From assembly GCA_965153285.1 (NCBI GenBank), contig OZ229110.1: DNA of 64,000 bases; one strand, written 5' to 3'. This stretch comes from Podarcis tiliguerta (lineage: Eukaryota). The notes below the pieces were generated by a model. The model was not told the origin of the DNA. It saw only the letters and a program-made list of their open reading frames with translations, and did not search any database. Position numbers and translations under genes: made by a program. Of this stretch, positions 24,313 to 36,824 are shown piece by piece (position 1 is the first letter of the stretch; the number at the start of each line of letters is the position of its first letter).

Positions 24313-24414
24313 CTGGCAGGGAAGAGAATTCCTTACGGTAAGAGGAAGCCGCAAAAGAAACGCAAAGAAAAGGATACCCGCAGACTTTGCACCGCGGTCG
24401 CACTCATCACTAAC

Positions 24415-24693
24415 CTTTGAACTTCACAGCACAAGAGCAAGTGTCGCTTCCGACCTCATTTGTGGCTTTGCACTGATATTCCCCAAGGTCTGCTGCTTCG
24501 AGGTTGAGAATGTGGACGCTGGCACTGAAGTTCTTGGTTGTCACTTTGAACTTCTTGCTGCTCCTGACTTGCTTTCTGTCCTTGAACCAGACGACTTCGA
24601 ATGGCGGTGTGCCTGCTATTTCACACTGAAGGGTGACATCGGAGCCCTTGAGTGTGTCTATGGGGCTGGGTTTCTTGCTAAAAACGGGAGGTT
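24415..24693 (-). CDS. TTN: Ig exon I59 (absent from ORF track)
   Basis: 279 nt, translated by hand EPPVFSKKPSPIDTLKGSDVTLQCEI...CAVKFK, no stop, donor gttagt. Confidence 0.93.
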
Positions 24694-25454
24694 CTATAAA
24701 AGAAAGGAGACGAGGACATGTAACGGGACTCCTGGGAAGGGTTTCTTGCTAACAGGGGCAAGACATCCAGAAACAGAAGGCAGAAGGTATGCTTGTAAAT
24801 CCCCATTTAGGTGCCTAAGAAGATTCTTTCTCTAGTTCTCCCAAGTGCATAGCAGGTCAATTTTAGGTCATTTCTATTTCTAAAGCTGCAAAGTCTTGCT
24901 TGGAAACTTTGTCATCCCCCCCACAAATTCCTGTTGCATGTGGCACTGAGTTTTCCAAATAAATGCAGTTAATAAGCATGGGTGTGTACCTCCGCATAAC
25001 GTTTTCCACTCCCACATCTGCTATTCTCAAACTGACACCCTCAAACACATGCTCTAAACCTTCCATGGCCAAAGGTTTATTTTCTTACGGTCCTCCTCCT
25101 TATCCCTATAAGTACTGTATTTTATTTTATTTTTAAATAGAAGAAATCCTGTAACTCTTTCCCCACTGTCCCCTGCAACTGCAATTCACATCTTATGTCT
25201 TATCTAACTATAGAGTGTTGCTAGGAAGTAACAGACAATCACCTGGCAGATTGTGTAGCTGGCACACACAAGAGAAAACTGGTCCTCCTACTCTTGTAAC
25301 CTTATATCTTGCATTATCACCCACTTCTTTGATCCGTTCACCTGTTGCCTCTTCTTGTCAACTTCCTAGCTATTAATCAGATGCTCAAGGAGTATATCCT
25401 AACTGAGGCATAGGTTATCTTTAAACCTTTCACTGCCTGTAAACTGAATTTTCA

Positions 25455-25954
25455 GGGAATAGAGGGCCTTCTCGGTGGCTGCTCCCAGACTTTTCTTGGA
25501 ACTCCCTCCCTAGAGAAGCTAGGCTGGCTTCCTGCTTCTTGTCTTTCAGCCAGCAGGTGAAGACTTTCTTGTTCCAACAGGATTTTGGGAACTGACTGCT
25601 TTTAGTGAAAGGGCTGATGCTGTGTTGTTTTTATGGTAATTATTGGTATGGGTTTAACAGATGTTTAGATATGTATATAGCTTTAATTCTGTCAATGTTT
25701 AATTGTTTTTTAATGATTGTTTTTCTGTGTTGGTAGTGGTTCTTATTTTTATCTGTAAGCCACCTTAAGTCTAGTCAAGGAAACAGGCAGGGAATATTGA
25801 TAATAACAAGTGCCTTTTTTCCTTAAAAAAATGCTTAGGGGTACTCTCATTTTCCTACTCATATTGAAATACTGCCCCTCAATGAGGCCAAACTTAGATT
25901 TACAAAATGTTTAGGGGTATGTGTACCCCTGCATCTCCCCAGAAAAAAGCACTG

Positions 25955-26005
<51 letters not shown>
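25455..26005 (+). mobile_element. L2-like LINE 3' end with (AAT)n tail, interrupted by a MITE
   Basis: agggccttctcggtggctgctccc...tggaactccctccc...gtgaagactttcttgttcc...tgtaagccacctt; (AAT)n at 25958-26005. Confidence 0.6.
25808..25954. mobile_element. hAT-like MITE
   Basis: TIRs AAGTGCCTTTTT / AAAAAAGCACTG, internal repeat TTAGGGGTA twice. Confidence 0.6.
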
Positions 26006-26006
<1 letters not shown>

Positions 26007-26309
26007 GATTTTACTCTTTTCCTTCCTGTGCTACTTCACAGTTTTGTAATTTCTGACACAGGCCAGTGATAGGTAAAGGCTAGAGGGGCCACTGATCCTC
26101 AAAGACTGTTTCTCCCGCTCTTAAAATTTTCAAGACTGCTTTACTATATCTATTTGCATAGTGTGCCTGACCTCCTCATCAGCACTGCCACCATTTTCAC
26201 TACAGTCGAGGAGTCTTTGGATTTCAAACATCTCAGTCCTTTGTCAGTACTTTTGACTATGCATCCCCAGCATTATAGCATTATCATCCAACCATTTAAG
26301 GGTAAAGTA

Positions 26310-26520
26310 GGGGAATGCCTGCAGCTCACTGGTAGAGCATCTGCTCTGAATGAAGAGGACCTCAGGTTCAACTCCCCAGCATCTGCAGGTAGGGCTGGGA
26401 GAGAGTCCTGACTGAAATCCTGGAGAGCCACTGTCAGTCAGTGAAGATAACACTGAGGTAGATGGACCAATGGTCTGACTCCGTATGGGAAAAAAACAAA
26501 ACACCTTCCAGTGCTCCTAA
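26310..26520 (+). mobile_element. tRNA-derived SINE (Squam2-like)
   Basis: A box GCTCACTGGTAGAGC, B box GGTTCAACTCC, body ctggagagccactgtcagtcagtg...agatggaccaatggtctgactc. Confidence 0.7.
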
Positions 26521-26566
26521 GGGTTGGGTAGAGTGGAGGAAGTCAGAGTAGACATTGGCTTCTAAC

Positions 26567-26848
26567 CTTTCACTGTGACTGTTGTACTGCAGCTTGCGGT
26601 GCCAGCAGAATTAAGAGCTTCACAAATGTAATCTCCACTGTCTTCATGGATAGCATCAACAATGATCAGCACTGCTGTGCCGTCACTGAATGCCATACGG
26701 TGCTTGTCGCTAGCATGGATTTCGTGGTCATTCTTGTACCACACAACTCTGATTTCTGGGGAACCACTGATCTTGCATTCAAGTTGACATGAATCGCCCT
26801 GTTTCAGCATTCTTGATGGTTCCAGTTTCTTCACAAATTTAGGAGGTT
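26567..26848 (-). CDS. TTN: Ig exon I58
   Basis: 282 nt, EPPKFVKKLEPSRM, donor gttaga. Confidence 0.93.
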
Positions 26849-27924
26849 CTGAGAAGCCGGAAGGAAAGTGGCATTCAATATGGAGAGGAATAAGAACAAT
26901 TAAGAACATGCAAAAAAAATAATTGCAGTGGAAATCATAATATGGTATTATCAAGAAGGATAACAACAAAAATTAGTAAGTGTATGAGAAACTTCCATTA
27001 AAAAAACAACAACTGAAAAAATTCTGACATTTCTGCTGAAATAAGCCATGGCACTGATTCACTGAACAGCAAACACAGCAAAATACAGCCTTTGTTTCCT
27101 CATGCCTCCCTTAACGCCAGTCCACTACAAAGAAGGGAGATTGGTGGGAAATTAGCACCCAGACTCAACATAGGAGAACTCTTCTCCTGCACCTGTGCTC
27201 CGCAAAACAGATGGCTATTTTGAGAAGTAATACTTATGAGATAAGCCTCTCCCAGGTACAATAATCTGGAGGAGGGGAGGAAGGAGCCTATCTGTGCCCA
27301 GGCATTCCATCTGCTTCCATCTCATCTGTTTGTTGACTGGCACTCAAAGCCCTCTCAAAATTTCAGCCTGGGGGTGGGATGCTAAGATGACATCCCTGAC
27401 AGGTGCACGAGTGCAGAGGCCAATTGCTATTTCCCCACTCCCCTTTCAACTTGTTGACATCTACTAGAGAGGTGTACAAAACTCTTGGTAAATCCCTGCT
27501 AATGGATCAAGCTATCTATGTATATTTTCCCATGCAACTATTTTTTAGAATGTAAATTATACATAAACTGTAAATGAATCAAATCTGCCTCGACTTTTAC
27601 AACGGCAAAAACCAAAGAATGCTATAAAAGCTACATTTAACGTGGGTATCTGTAAATCACAACCGGCGCGTGTAATTTGTCATAAGAATCCATCACATTT
27701 CTATGAGCGCAAACATTATTCTTTTGCTCTACTTGGGTTTCAAGACACAGCAAGGAGAAGAAAATAGTTTGGATCTTAAATACTTACAGATAGTTTCCTA
27801 TGAATTTTTGTTAATTTGAAAGAGGTCTGCCTTTTTCTTTTTAGAAACAAAGAATTCTATGCAAAAGAAATCCCAAGAAAATCCCTTTTCTGCATAAAAG
27901 ATCAGTCAACTTAAATTCAAATAC

Positions 27925-28212
27925 CTTTCACATTAAGTTGAGCCGAGCAAAAGTCTTTCCCAACATCATTGCTAGCTTGGCAAGTATACTGTCCGCTGTC
28001 TCCTTTGCCTACTCTCAGAATTCTCAAATGGGCTGTATTTGCTACAAAGGTAATGGCATAGTTTCCTCCTGTACGGATCTCGCGGCCATCTTTAGCCCAC
28101 GTTACATGTATAGGTTGGGCTCCAGTAACATGACACTCAAAGTCAGCACTTTCTCCAACAGGAAGATCTTTGGACTCGGGTGTGATATCAAAGGAGGGAG
28201 CTTGTTTGCGTT
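27925..28212 (-). CDS. TTN: Ig exon I57 (absent from ORF track)
   Basis: 288 nt, translated by hand ERKQAPSFDITPESKDLPVGESADFECHV...SAQLNVK, no stop, donor gtattt. Confidence 0.93.
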
Positions 28213-28348
28213 CTGGGGAATAAAATGAAGAGGAACGGTTGGATTTCTTTCGGACGCGGTAAAGCTAAATACTGTAAAATCTTTTTAGAGGTTAGGAAGA
28301 GTGGTTGAACGTAACAGATGAAAACAAGAGAGTCGGTATGAAACTAAC

Positions 28349-28636
28349 CTGAGACTGTGAGCCTAGCGCTAGATGTAGCAGTTCCTACAGGATTGGTCGC
28401 TGTGCAAGAGTATTGTCCGGTGTGACTCATCTCAGTTTGCAACAGCTGAAGAGTTGCCACGTTATCTATGTAAGAGGCCTGCACATTAAAGTCATCTCTT
28501 AAAGGCACACCATCCTTATACCATGTAACACTAATAGGCTCTGACCCATTTAGACGGCAAACTAATTTGATTGGGAAGCCAACAGTTTGCTCTGTATCCT
28601 TTAATTTCCTTGCAAAAGAAGGTGGGCGTTTTCGCT
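28349..28636 (-). CDS. TTN: Ig exon I56
   Basis: 288 nt, [14 protein letters not shown], donor gttagt. Confidence 0.93.
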
Positions 28637-28762
28637 CTGCAAGAAAAGAAGCATGCAATAAACATACGGCTTATGCAGGCATCTGGTCAGGTGAAAACGT
28701 TTTTTAAAGAATGAAAGATCTGTAAGTATGAGTTTTTAACCAATCCCAAATAAAAGAATCAC

Positions 28763-29041
28763 CTTGAACTGCTAAGACAGCCTTTGAAGAGGCCGTTCCG
28801 ACACTGTTTTCTGCTTTGCAAATATATTCCCCACTGTCACTGGCATCCACTTTGTTAAAAATAAGTGTAGCAACATTATCTTTGAAGTACATCTTATACT
28901 CAGGAGTAGATCTTAATTTTGTATCTCCTTTGAACCAAGATATTGTAATTTCTGGGGTCCCAGTAACTTGGCATTGCAAAGTGGTATAGTCTCCAACTGA
29001 CACCTCAAGAGGTCCCAAGTGAGTGACGAAAGAAGGAGGTT
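28763..29041 (-). CDS. TTN: Ig exon I55
   Basis: 279 nt, [14 protein letters not shown], donor gtgatt. Confidence 0.93.
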
Positions 29042-29151
29042 CTGGGGACACAAAGAGTCAGCATTAGGATAATGGCACCTGAACGCTACAATGAAGAAAC
29101 AATGAGGTTTTTAAATAAAAAAATATTATTAAGAAGGCGCTAAAGACAGAC

Positions 29152-29430
29152 CTAAAGTGGATACCAGTGCTTCACAGATATCTTCTCCAGCCTCATTCTC
29201 AACCATACATGTGTATTCTCCTTGATCATCCTTTGTACTGTTAAGAATTTCCAGAATGCATGACTTCTCTGTTGTGGTGATGCTGCACTTTTCGGACTGG
29301 CCTAAAGTTACGCCGTTCTTCTTCCATGTCACTGAAATCGGAAGGCTACCAGTGTACCTGCTCTCTAGAATTATGGATTTGCCTGGCTCCACACAATGGT
29401 CGCTGAGCTTCTTCACAAAAACGGCTGGTT
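29152..29430 (-). CDS. TTN: Ig exon I54
   Basis: 279 nt, EPAVFVKKLSDHCV, donor gtctgt. Confidence 0.93.
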
Positions 29431-29518
29431 CTGGTGAGCAATAAGAAGTCAAGTATTGGCATCAACGCTGCACAAACACCTAAACAATCCAAACCGAAAA
29501 AGTGCAACCTATACCAAC

Positions 29519-29797
29519 CTTTTACAGAAAGATGTGCCGTACAAGACACTTTGCCAGCCTCATTAGTCACAACACAAGTATATTCTCCACTCTGTTGTGG
29601 CTCTACATCAAACAGCTCCAGGTCTGTGACCGAATCTTCCAAGTAGATGTTACATTTATCACTTGGTACGAGTTCATTGACGCCTCTAAACCACCTCACC
29701 TTAAATGGTGGTGTTCCTCTAATAACAGCAGAAAATGTAACACTTTTGCCTGGTAAAATATCCACAGATTCAGGTACCTTCTCAAAAGAGGGTGGTT
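29519..29797 (-). CDS. TTN: Ig exon I53
   Basis: 279 nt, EPPSFEKVPESVDI, donor gttggt. Confidence 0.93.
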
Positions 29798-29959
29798 CTA
29801 AAGAAGCATCGAAAGTAACAACAGATCAGTCGATAATGAAGGAATCATAAAGTGAAAATAAAAATTTCCTCAAATCACGGCACCAAGAGAATGCAATTTT
29901 GCAAGAATAAAGATTATGGAAGATTTCTGCAAAGTGTTAGCCACTTATTGAATACTGAC

Positions 29960-30247
29960 CTTGTACAATCAAAGCAGCCTTGGTTTCATCAGAGCCTGCC
30001 ACATTAGCAGCTTTACATGCATAAGTTCCTGTATCAGATGAGTTCAGTGAACCAATCTGCAAACTGCAAACATGGTCTGAAAATGAGATTTGATGTTTTT
30101 CCCCACTGGTGAGTTTATGTCCATTATGGAACCAAGCGACTGTAATGGGAAGGGAGCCAGCCACTTTGCACTCAAGAATCACTGAAGAAGCCAGTACACC
30201 ATGAGTTTCTTTAAGTTTTCTTGTGAAAGAAGGTGGAATAATCCGAT
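29960..30247 (-). CDS. TTN: Ig exon I52
   Basis: 288 nt, [14 protein letters not shown], donor gtcagt. Confidence 0.93.
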
Positions 30248-30342
30248 CTGTGTAAGAGGAGGTAAACAAAAGAAAATGAGGACCCCACAAAGGAGAACCA
30301 TTTTCTGGTGGGAATACAATGAAGAGAAGCAACAGAACTGAC

Positions 30343-30621
30343 CCAGAACATCAACGGAAGCTGTGCAGCTGCTTTTGCCAACATTGTTCTGCACCTCAAA
30401 AGTGTATAAGCCACTGTCTTCCATTTCTGAATCAATAATTTTAAGTGTGGACACTTTGTTGTAGAAGGTAATTTTGTATTTGTTGCTAGTTGTTAATTCT
30501 TTTCCATCCTTAAACCAGCCTATTGAAAGTTCTGGTGTTCCACCCACTTTGCACTCTAGGGTACAAATGTCTCCGACGGTGACTTTCATTGGTTCTGCCT
30601 TCTCAGTGATGACAGCTGGTT
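30343..30621 (-). CDS. TTN: Ig exon I51
   Basis: 279 nt, EPAVITEKAEPMKV, donor gtcagt. Confidence 0.93.
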
Positions 30622-31066
30622 CTGGAAAGAGATTCAAGCAATATCTACCTGTGAATATCACTGTCTCCTTAGTCACATGGCTTAATACTGCAATTACAGA
30701 AATCACTTCTCTAAAGCCACAGTTTTCTGCTTTGGAAAGGAGCCACTACAAAGCTATTAATGGCTTTTCTTTTCTAGAATTGAGAAACACTGTAAACACC
30801 ACAGTGCCACTTATCTGTCTTCCAGAGAAGAGGAGCTGACTGCCCAACCAATAGGAGCAGAGCAGTACAAAGCCCCCAATGGGTTACCTGAACATTTTGC
30901 TTCAGAACCTGTTCTCCAATACTCTGTAATGCACCATGTACACTGATGACATGCCCCTCTCACAACCTCAAGGCTCTGAATGTTATTTAGCCTTCCCATC
31001 TTTTAAAAGTAACTCTCTCTCTCTCTTTTAAAGAAAATAAAAAGCCAAGTTTGTGTCATTACCAAC

Positions 31067-31348
31067 CTAGAACGGTTAAAGTTGCTATGCACTCCCGGGT
31101 TCCAGCATCATTACTGATTTGACAGATATACTTCCCAGCGCTTGCTGGTTCTGCTTTGGCAAGCTGCAAAGTGGCAACATTTTCCACGTATGTTATTGTC
31201 CTGTTAGCACTTTCTCTGATGACCTCTTCTTTGTCCTTGAGCCACGTCACCGAAATCGGCTGAGAGCCTTCCAAGGTGGCCTGCAACTCTACTGGTTCAC
31301 CCACCACAACAGTAAGGTTGTTAATTTTGGTCACGAATTTTGGTGGTT
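31067..31348 (-). CDS. TTN: Ig exon I50
   Basis: 282 nt, EPPKFVTKINNLTV, donor gttggt. Confidence 0.93.
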
Positions 31349-31452
31349 CTGAAGAGGAAAGAGCCAATGGGCATCAAGAGTTCCAACAAGAATTGCGCAT
31401 TTTTATAAAGACAACGATGATTGCACACCGTACCTCCTCAAATAATACCTAC

Positions 31453-31731
31453 CTTTAAGTTTTACCATACAAACGCAAGTGTCGCTTCCGACATCGTTCT
31501 GAGCTTTGCACTGGTATTCACCAATGTCAGATACTTCAATATTCAGAATGTGAACACTTGCATGGTAGTTTTTGGATGCGACTTTGTACTTTTTACTGCT
31601 ACGTATTTGCCTCTTATCCTTATACCACGTAATATCAAAAGGTGGTGTGCCAGAAATCTCACATTCAAGGCTAACCTCAGTACCCTTGAGTGTATCTACC
31701 GGAGATGGCTTCCTGCTAAAGATGGGTGGTT
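31453..31731 (-). CDS. TTN: Ig exon I49 (absent from ORF track)
   Basis: 279 nt, translated by hand EPPIFSRKPSPVDTLKGTEVSLECEI...CMVKLK, no stop, donor gtaggt. Confidence 0.93.
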
Positions 31732-31983
31732 CTAGGATGAAAGAAAGAATCAGGCATCATTTAAAGAAAGTTACCTCAATATATATGTTGCTAGTTTAAT
31801 AAGAATATAATGTGAGAATTGCCATATATGTATCTGTTCCAATGCCAAGGCATGCATGCAGCTGAAGAAGCACCTTTTCTTTTTAAGGGTAGCCAACGGA
31901 CTGGAATGGAAGCATGCCTGTCCCAGTCTGCCAGCAAAGCTCCACCCACTAAGATGCCCATGATTGGGCAGTTTAGTGTATTT

Positions 31984-32100
31984 GGTGGGCAATCCCGCCC
32001 TGCAATGCGGCTGGCCGAATGATCTTCAGTGTGCACGCGAGTCCCAGCACTTGGGAATGGCTGGCAGCCAGCCCGCAAGATGCTGCAACTGTTGCCCACC
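31984..32100. repeat. GC-rich imperfect palindrome (MITE-like)
   Basis: GGTGGGCAA / TTGCCCACC ends, inner GCGGCTGGC / GCCAGCCCGC. Confidence 0.5.
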
Positions 32101-32886
32101 CGTAATAGGGTAATTGGTCATTTCAGTAATAAAAGCAATGACCATCCTAGAATGCTGAGCCAAAAGGGTGAGTGCAGGAATGCATTTAACAACCCTTTTC
32201 TCCTCCTTACACATGGAATGTAGTCCAACTGACTGATTACTTATCCTTTCTGTAAGAGGCAGAGAACTGTGATGGTCACTGCTGCCTCTTGCAGATTCAG
32301 TGGACGCCAACCCTGACATCTACTCAAGCATTTGATTAGTTGACTGAAGGAGGAGTTTTGTCACCCTCTCAGTGTTGTGGTGCATATTTGATTGACTGAA
32401 GGTTGCAGCCTTGATTTAAGTACCCCACTCATTGACGTTGATGAAGAGTGGGTTATAATTGCCACCAAGCTTATGCAGGTAATTAAGAAAACATCTTTCT
32501 GTAATAGCTAATTGATTATCTCTGGGTTTTGTTTTGTTTTTTAAATGTAGTTTTTACTATGTGGTTGTTGTAGACCACTTTGGTTTTTTGGTTTAATAGT
32601 GGCATACAAATATTGTAATAATTAAATAACCTAAATAAATAATAGTAAATACACCACATCCCTTTGAACATTCTTGAGGGAAAGAGTGAAAGCCACAGGC
32701 TAGAGAACACTTGTTTAAAATTAACCTGGAGGCTAATTAGATGAGAAATAGGACCCTGTCCACAATGGGCAGTTATAGCAATCTAACAGTTAGCTTAGCC
32801 ATACAAGAATCAGAATGAGCTAATCTCAATCTTTTTAGAGACAGTTAGTCAAAGAGAAGGAAGTCCACCAAGGCATGTTTGCTAAC

Positions 32887-33168
32887 CTTTGACTAGGAGT
32901 TTAGTACTGCAGCTTGCCCTGCCAGCAGGGTTCTGTGCTTCACATATGTAATCTCCACTATCGTCTGCACCAAGATGCCTCATTTCAATGACTGCCACAG
33001 AATCTGTGAATGACATCTGGAATTTTTCGCTAGCATGGACTTCAGTGTCATTTCTGTACCATACCACTTTGATTTCTGGAGAGCCACTGATTTTACATTC
33101 AAGTCGTGTGGAGTCGCCCTGTTTAATCACTTTAGACGGGTCTAGCTTCTTAATGAACTTTGGAGGTT
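32887..33168 (-). CDS. TTN: Ig exon I48
   Basis: 282 nt, EPPKFIKKLDPSKV, donor gttagc. Confidence 0.93.
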
Positions 33169-33378
33169 CTGGGAAACGGAAGAAAAATGAAAGCAAGGTA
33201 AATTGGAAGAAAAGAGGGATTGTGTTGAAAGGTATATAGAATAAGAGGGGAGAGAAATCTAAAAGGGCGCTTAACTTCTAGTTTTAGCAATGCAGGAAGA
33301 AAAGTAACTCAGAAACATTTACACAAAAGACTGCAGAAGACAATTAAGAAAAGAGCAACACAGAACACATTAGCACAC

Positions 33379-33657
33379 CTGTTATGCTCAGTGTGGTTGT
33401 ACAAGAATCGCTGCCAACATCGTTGGAAACTTGGCAAGTATAGTTTCCACTTTTTGATACATCCACAGAATAAAGATTTAAGAAACCAGTTGACCCTTCA
33501 ATCCCAAATAAACAGTTAGGTCCAGACACAAGTTCTAAATCTTCTTTAAACCACTTTATTTTAAAAGGCGGTGTTCCCTTTAAAGATGCCTTAAATTCCA
33601 CTGTTGAATCAGGTATAGCTGATTGACTTTCTGGTTTTACCAAGAAGCTTGGTGGCT
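33379..33657 (-). CDS. TTN: Ig exon I47
   Basis: 279 nt, EPPSFLVKPESQSA, donor gtgtgc. Confidence 0.93.
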
Positions 33658-33897
33658 CTAAAGGTTTTAAGAAACAAAAGAAAACTAATTAGGTTCCGGA
33701 GCAAGAAATATGGCCTGGCAAGCCACAGCAAACCAATAAAGAGAAATAAAACATGTGTCAAAGTTAATAAGAAAAGAAAGATTCCATATAGATAACATTA
33801 AATGGGATCTACATTCAAAGATATTAAGATAATGATGTGAAGTTGAAAAAGACTTATATTTTAATACAGTCTATAGAAAGAAGATAGAAATCCAAAC

Positions 33898-34185
33898 CTT
33901 TCACAGTTAAGACGGCGCTACATGAGTCACTTCCTGCAACATTTGTTACACTGCAAGTATAATTTCCAGAATCTGTCAACTCTAGGTAATTAACCTCGAG
34001 CGATACAGTGTTCTCATGGCACAGATGCCTGTATTTTGCACTCTCGGGTATCTCTTTTCCATCTTTAAACCATTTTGCAGTAATTGGGAGTGAGCCAGAG
34101 ACTTTGCACTCCATATGAATAGATGATCCCAGAATTTTATCCATTTTTGGCAATTTTTTGGTAAACGAAGGAGGGATTGCTTGAT
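33898..34185 (-). CDS. TTN: Ig exon I46
   Basis: 288 nt, DQAIPPSFTKKLPK, donor gtttgg. Confidence 0.93.
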
Positions 34186-34322
34186 CTGCCCAGAAGGGAG
34201 GGAAGAAGGCAAGTAGCATCAGATTCCTTGTTTTATTCTTTCTTCTTCATGAAAAATACACAGGCAATTAAAATGTTGATTGAAAAAGAACATGCTCCAT
34301 TTTGACCAAACAAAATACAAAC

Positions 34323-34601
34323 CTAGTACAGACAAAGTAGCCTCACAGGTGCTGCTTCCAAACTCATTTTCGACCTTAAAGGTGTATGTGCCGCTGTCCT
34401 CCTTCATAATGGATTCAATCCTGAACCTAGCCACATTATTGTCAAAGCTCATGGTGTAATATCTACTGGGCATGAGTTGTTTGCCATCTTTGGACCATTT
34501 TACTTGAAGTTCTGGTGTTCCAGCCACAGTGCATTCTAGAGTGACTGGGTCTTTCTCCGTAACTTTAATTGATTTAGCTTTTTCTATGATCTGAGCAGGT
34601 T
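34323..34601 (-). CDS. TTN: Ig exon I45
   Basis: 279 nt, EPAQIIEKAKSIKV, donor gtttgt. Confidence 0.93.
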
Positions 34602-34706
34602 CTGGAGTAAGAATAAAAACACAAATATATTGAAGTCTTCCGATGAGTAACCGGCAGAAGACTGGTGCTTACTGAGGAATCAAAATAGGAATCAAAACTC
34701 ACAAAC

Positions 34707-34985
34707 CTTGCACTAAAAGTAAAGCAAAACACTTCTCAACTCCTGACTCATTCTTTGCCTGACAGGTGTATCTCCCACTGTGACCGAGGTCAACATGCCT
34801 GATCTTCAGTCTCGCCACATTGTTTTCAAATGTAATGTGGAAGCTGTCATCGTTTTCGATGATTCTTTCGTCTTTTATCCAAGACACTGTTAAAGGCTGA
34901 GAACCAGCCACAGTGCATTGAAATACAGCAGAGCTCTTCAAAACAGCGTGGACGTTTTCTAACTTCTTGAGGAAGGATGGGGGTT
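34707..34985 (-). CDS. TTN: Ig exon I44
   Basis: 279 nt, EPPSFLKKLENVHA, donor gtttgt. Confidence 0.93.
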
Positions 34986-35113
34986 CTGTGTTTATTAAAA
35001 ATATAAAAAAGCCGGAATGAAACCTGGGTAAGGTTTAAAATTTGCTAAAGGAGGTGAGAGGAACAAACGGAATGTTTCTTAGGCTTTTTCCCTACTATGA
35101 TTACTGAACTGAC

Positions 35114-35392
35114 CTTTCAAACTGACTTTTGTGCTACAGGAACAGCTGCCCCCTTCATTTGAAATAATGCACTGGTATTCGCCAGCATCCTGAACATCAC
35201 AGTTCATGATATGAAGGGCAAAAACAGATTGCTGATGAGTCATGGTGTATTTCTTGCTACTTCGGATCTCGTTGTTGTTCTTCAGCCAGGTCACTTCAAA
35301 CGGAGGAGTCCCTGTGACTTCACATTCTAACACAGCATCGTAGGTTCTTACTACTTCCACAGGTTTTAGCTCCCTCACAAATGTGGGAGGTT
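35114..35392 (-). CDS. TTN: Ig exon I43
   Basis: 279 nt, EPPTFVRELKPVEV, donor gtcagt. Confidence 0.93.
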
Positions 35393-35489
35393 CTAAAGTA
35401 GCAGAAGAAAACAAAGCAACCTCAGAAATAAGGGGAGGAACCCAACTGCATGGCTGAAGGAACTATAAAAGGAATTCTTAGCAACTAAC

Positions 35490-35771
35490 CTTTCACTCTC
35501 AGTTCAATGCTGCAACTCTCACTACCTGCGTCATTGCGGGCCTCGCAGATGTAAGTCCCGCTATCCTCCACTTTAGCATTGGAAACTTTAAAAGTCGCCA
35601 TGTTGTCTACAAACGAGACTCCATATTTAGCATGGTCCAGCACTTCGTTCCCATCAAGGTACCAAAGGACACGGATTTCCGGTGTACCCGCTACCTGGCA
35701 TTCAAAAGTGGTAGACTGTCCTTTTCTCAAAGCTACTACAGGGCTAGGCTTCTGAAGAAACCTAGGGGGCT
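35490..35771 (-). CDS. TTN: Ig exon I42
   Basis: 282 nt, EPPRFLQKPSPVVA, donor gttagt. Confidence 0.93.
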
Positions 35772-35856
35772 CTAAAATAAAATTAAAAATAATTATTTAG
35801 AAAATAGTAATTGGCTTTAAAAAACACAAACCAACCAAAAAAACTAAGGTAGATTG

Positions 35857-35933
35857 CAATCCTATGCACATACTTACTGTAATCCCCATCTAACACAGTG
35901 GGACTTACAGTCAAGTAGACATGCATAGGATTG
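35857..35933. repeat. 77-bp hairpin mini-element in the I41-I42 intron
   Basis: Perfect 12-bp inverted ends CAATCCTATGCA / TGCATAGGATTG; decayed relatives near 5270-5400, 10600-10690, 44790-44860, 53140-53290. Confidence 0.7.
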
Positions 35934-35979
35934 AGCTGCGCAAATCGCAGCCGATAACCCGGGATGTTAAAGTGCAGAC

Positions 35980-36258
35980 CTTTCACAAAAAGAGTTGTCT
36001 TGCAGGTTGTTGTCCCGACGTCATTGCTTAATTGGCAGATATAGTTCCCTGAATCAGACGGCTTGGCCGAAAAGAGTTCCAGCACGCTTGAAGTGTCATC
36101 TTTGTAAACTGAGCGAGAAGCTCCCGAAAGGAGTTCTTTGCTATCTTTGAACCACTTTATTTGTATGGGAGGTGTGCCGCTCACGAGAGCTTTGAGTTGG
36201 ACTCTGGCAGCTGGTACCACATCTTGTGACTGTGGCTTTTCAACAAAGCATGGGGGTT
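35980..36258 (-). CDS. TTN: Ig exon I41
   Basis: 279 nt, EPPCFVEKPQSQDV, donor gtctgc. Confidence 0.93.
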
Positions 36259-36390
36259 CTACAAAGAGTGGGGAGAAAGACCAGGAAAAGAGGGAGGTCA
36301 TTCATTTTGAAATGATAAACAAAAACCAGAATCAAAGCGACGTGGCAAATAAGCCTGCCACCTAGGAGAAAAAGTACAAGATGTCCAAAC

Positions 36391-36678
36391 CTTTGACGGT
36401 TAAATGGGCACTGCACTGGTTGCTTCCAGCTTTATTTGTTGCCTCGCAGGTATAAGATCCACTATCTGCACCTTCAAGCTGGTTGATCTCCAAGAATGCC
36501 ATGTTATCATGGAAAGAATACTTGTGCTTTTCGCTAGCAGTTATCTCTTGGCCATCCTTGTACCACTGTATACTTATTGGGTGTGAACCAGACACTATGC
36601 ACTCAAGGTGAACAAAAGAGCCCTTAATGCTATCCATTTTCTTTAGCTTTTTGGTGAATTTAGGCGGTATGATCAGAT
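36391..36678 (-). CDS. TTN: Ig exon I40
   Basis: 288 nt, DLIIPPKFTKKLKK, donor gtttgg. Confidence 0.93.
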
Positions 36679-36824
36679 CTACCCAAGACAAACCAAAAAG
36701 ATATATATTAGATTAGGCTGCCACTTTGCTGGTCTTTGGCATAAAAAGAAAATAAGAATTGAAGTTGTGGCCAGCACCCACCAACCAACCCAACTCTAAG
36801 AGAAGAGGGATACACAATACAAAC

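Noticed and set aside
24044-24835. 263-aa plus-strand ORF
   Set aside because: Antisense shadow of I59/I60 in a locally GC-richer stretch, with no recognisable domain. Similar shorter shadows overlie most Ig exons.
1906-26400. tRNA genes at about 1910, 4900 and 26320
   Set aside because: The A/B boxes are SINE heads followed by SINE bodies and tails; no complete cloverleaf.
24415-31731. Apparent loss or pseudogenisation of I49, I57 and I59
   Set aside because: Missing from the ORF track only for lack of an early start codon. Hand translation shows intact frames, normal lengths and AG/GT ends.
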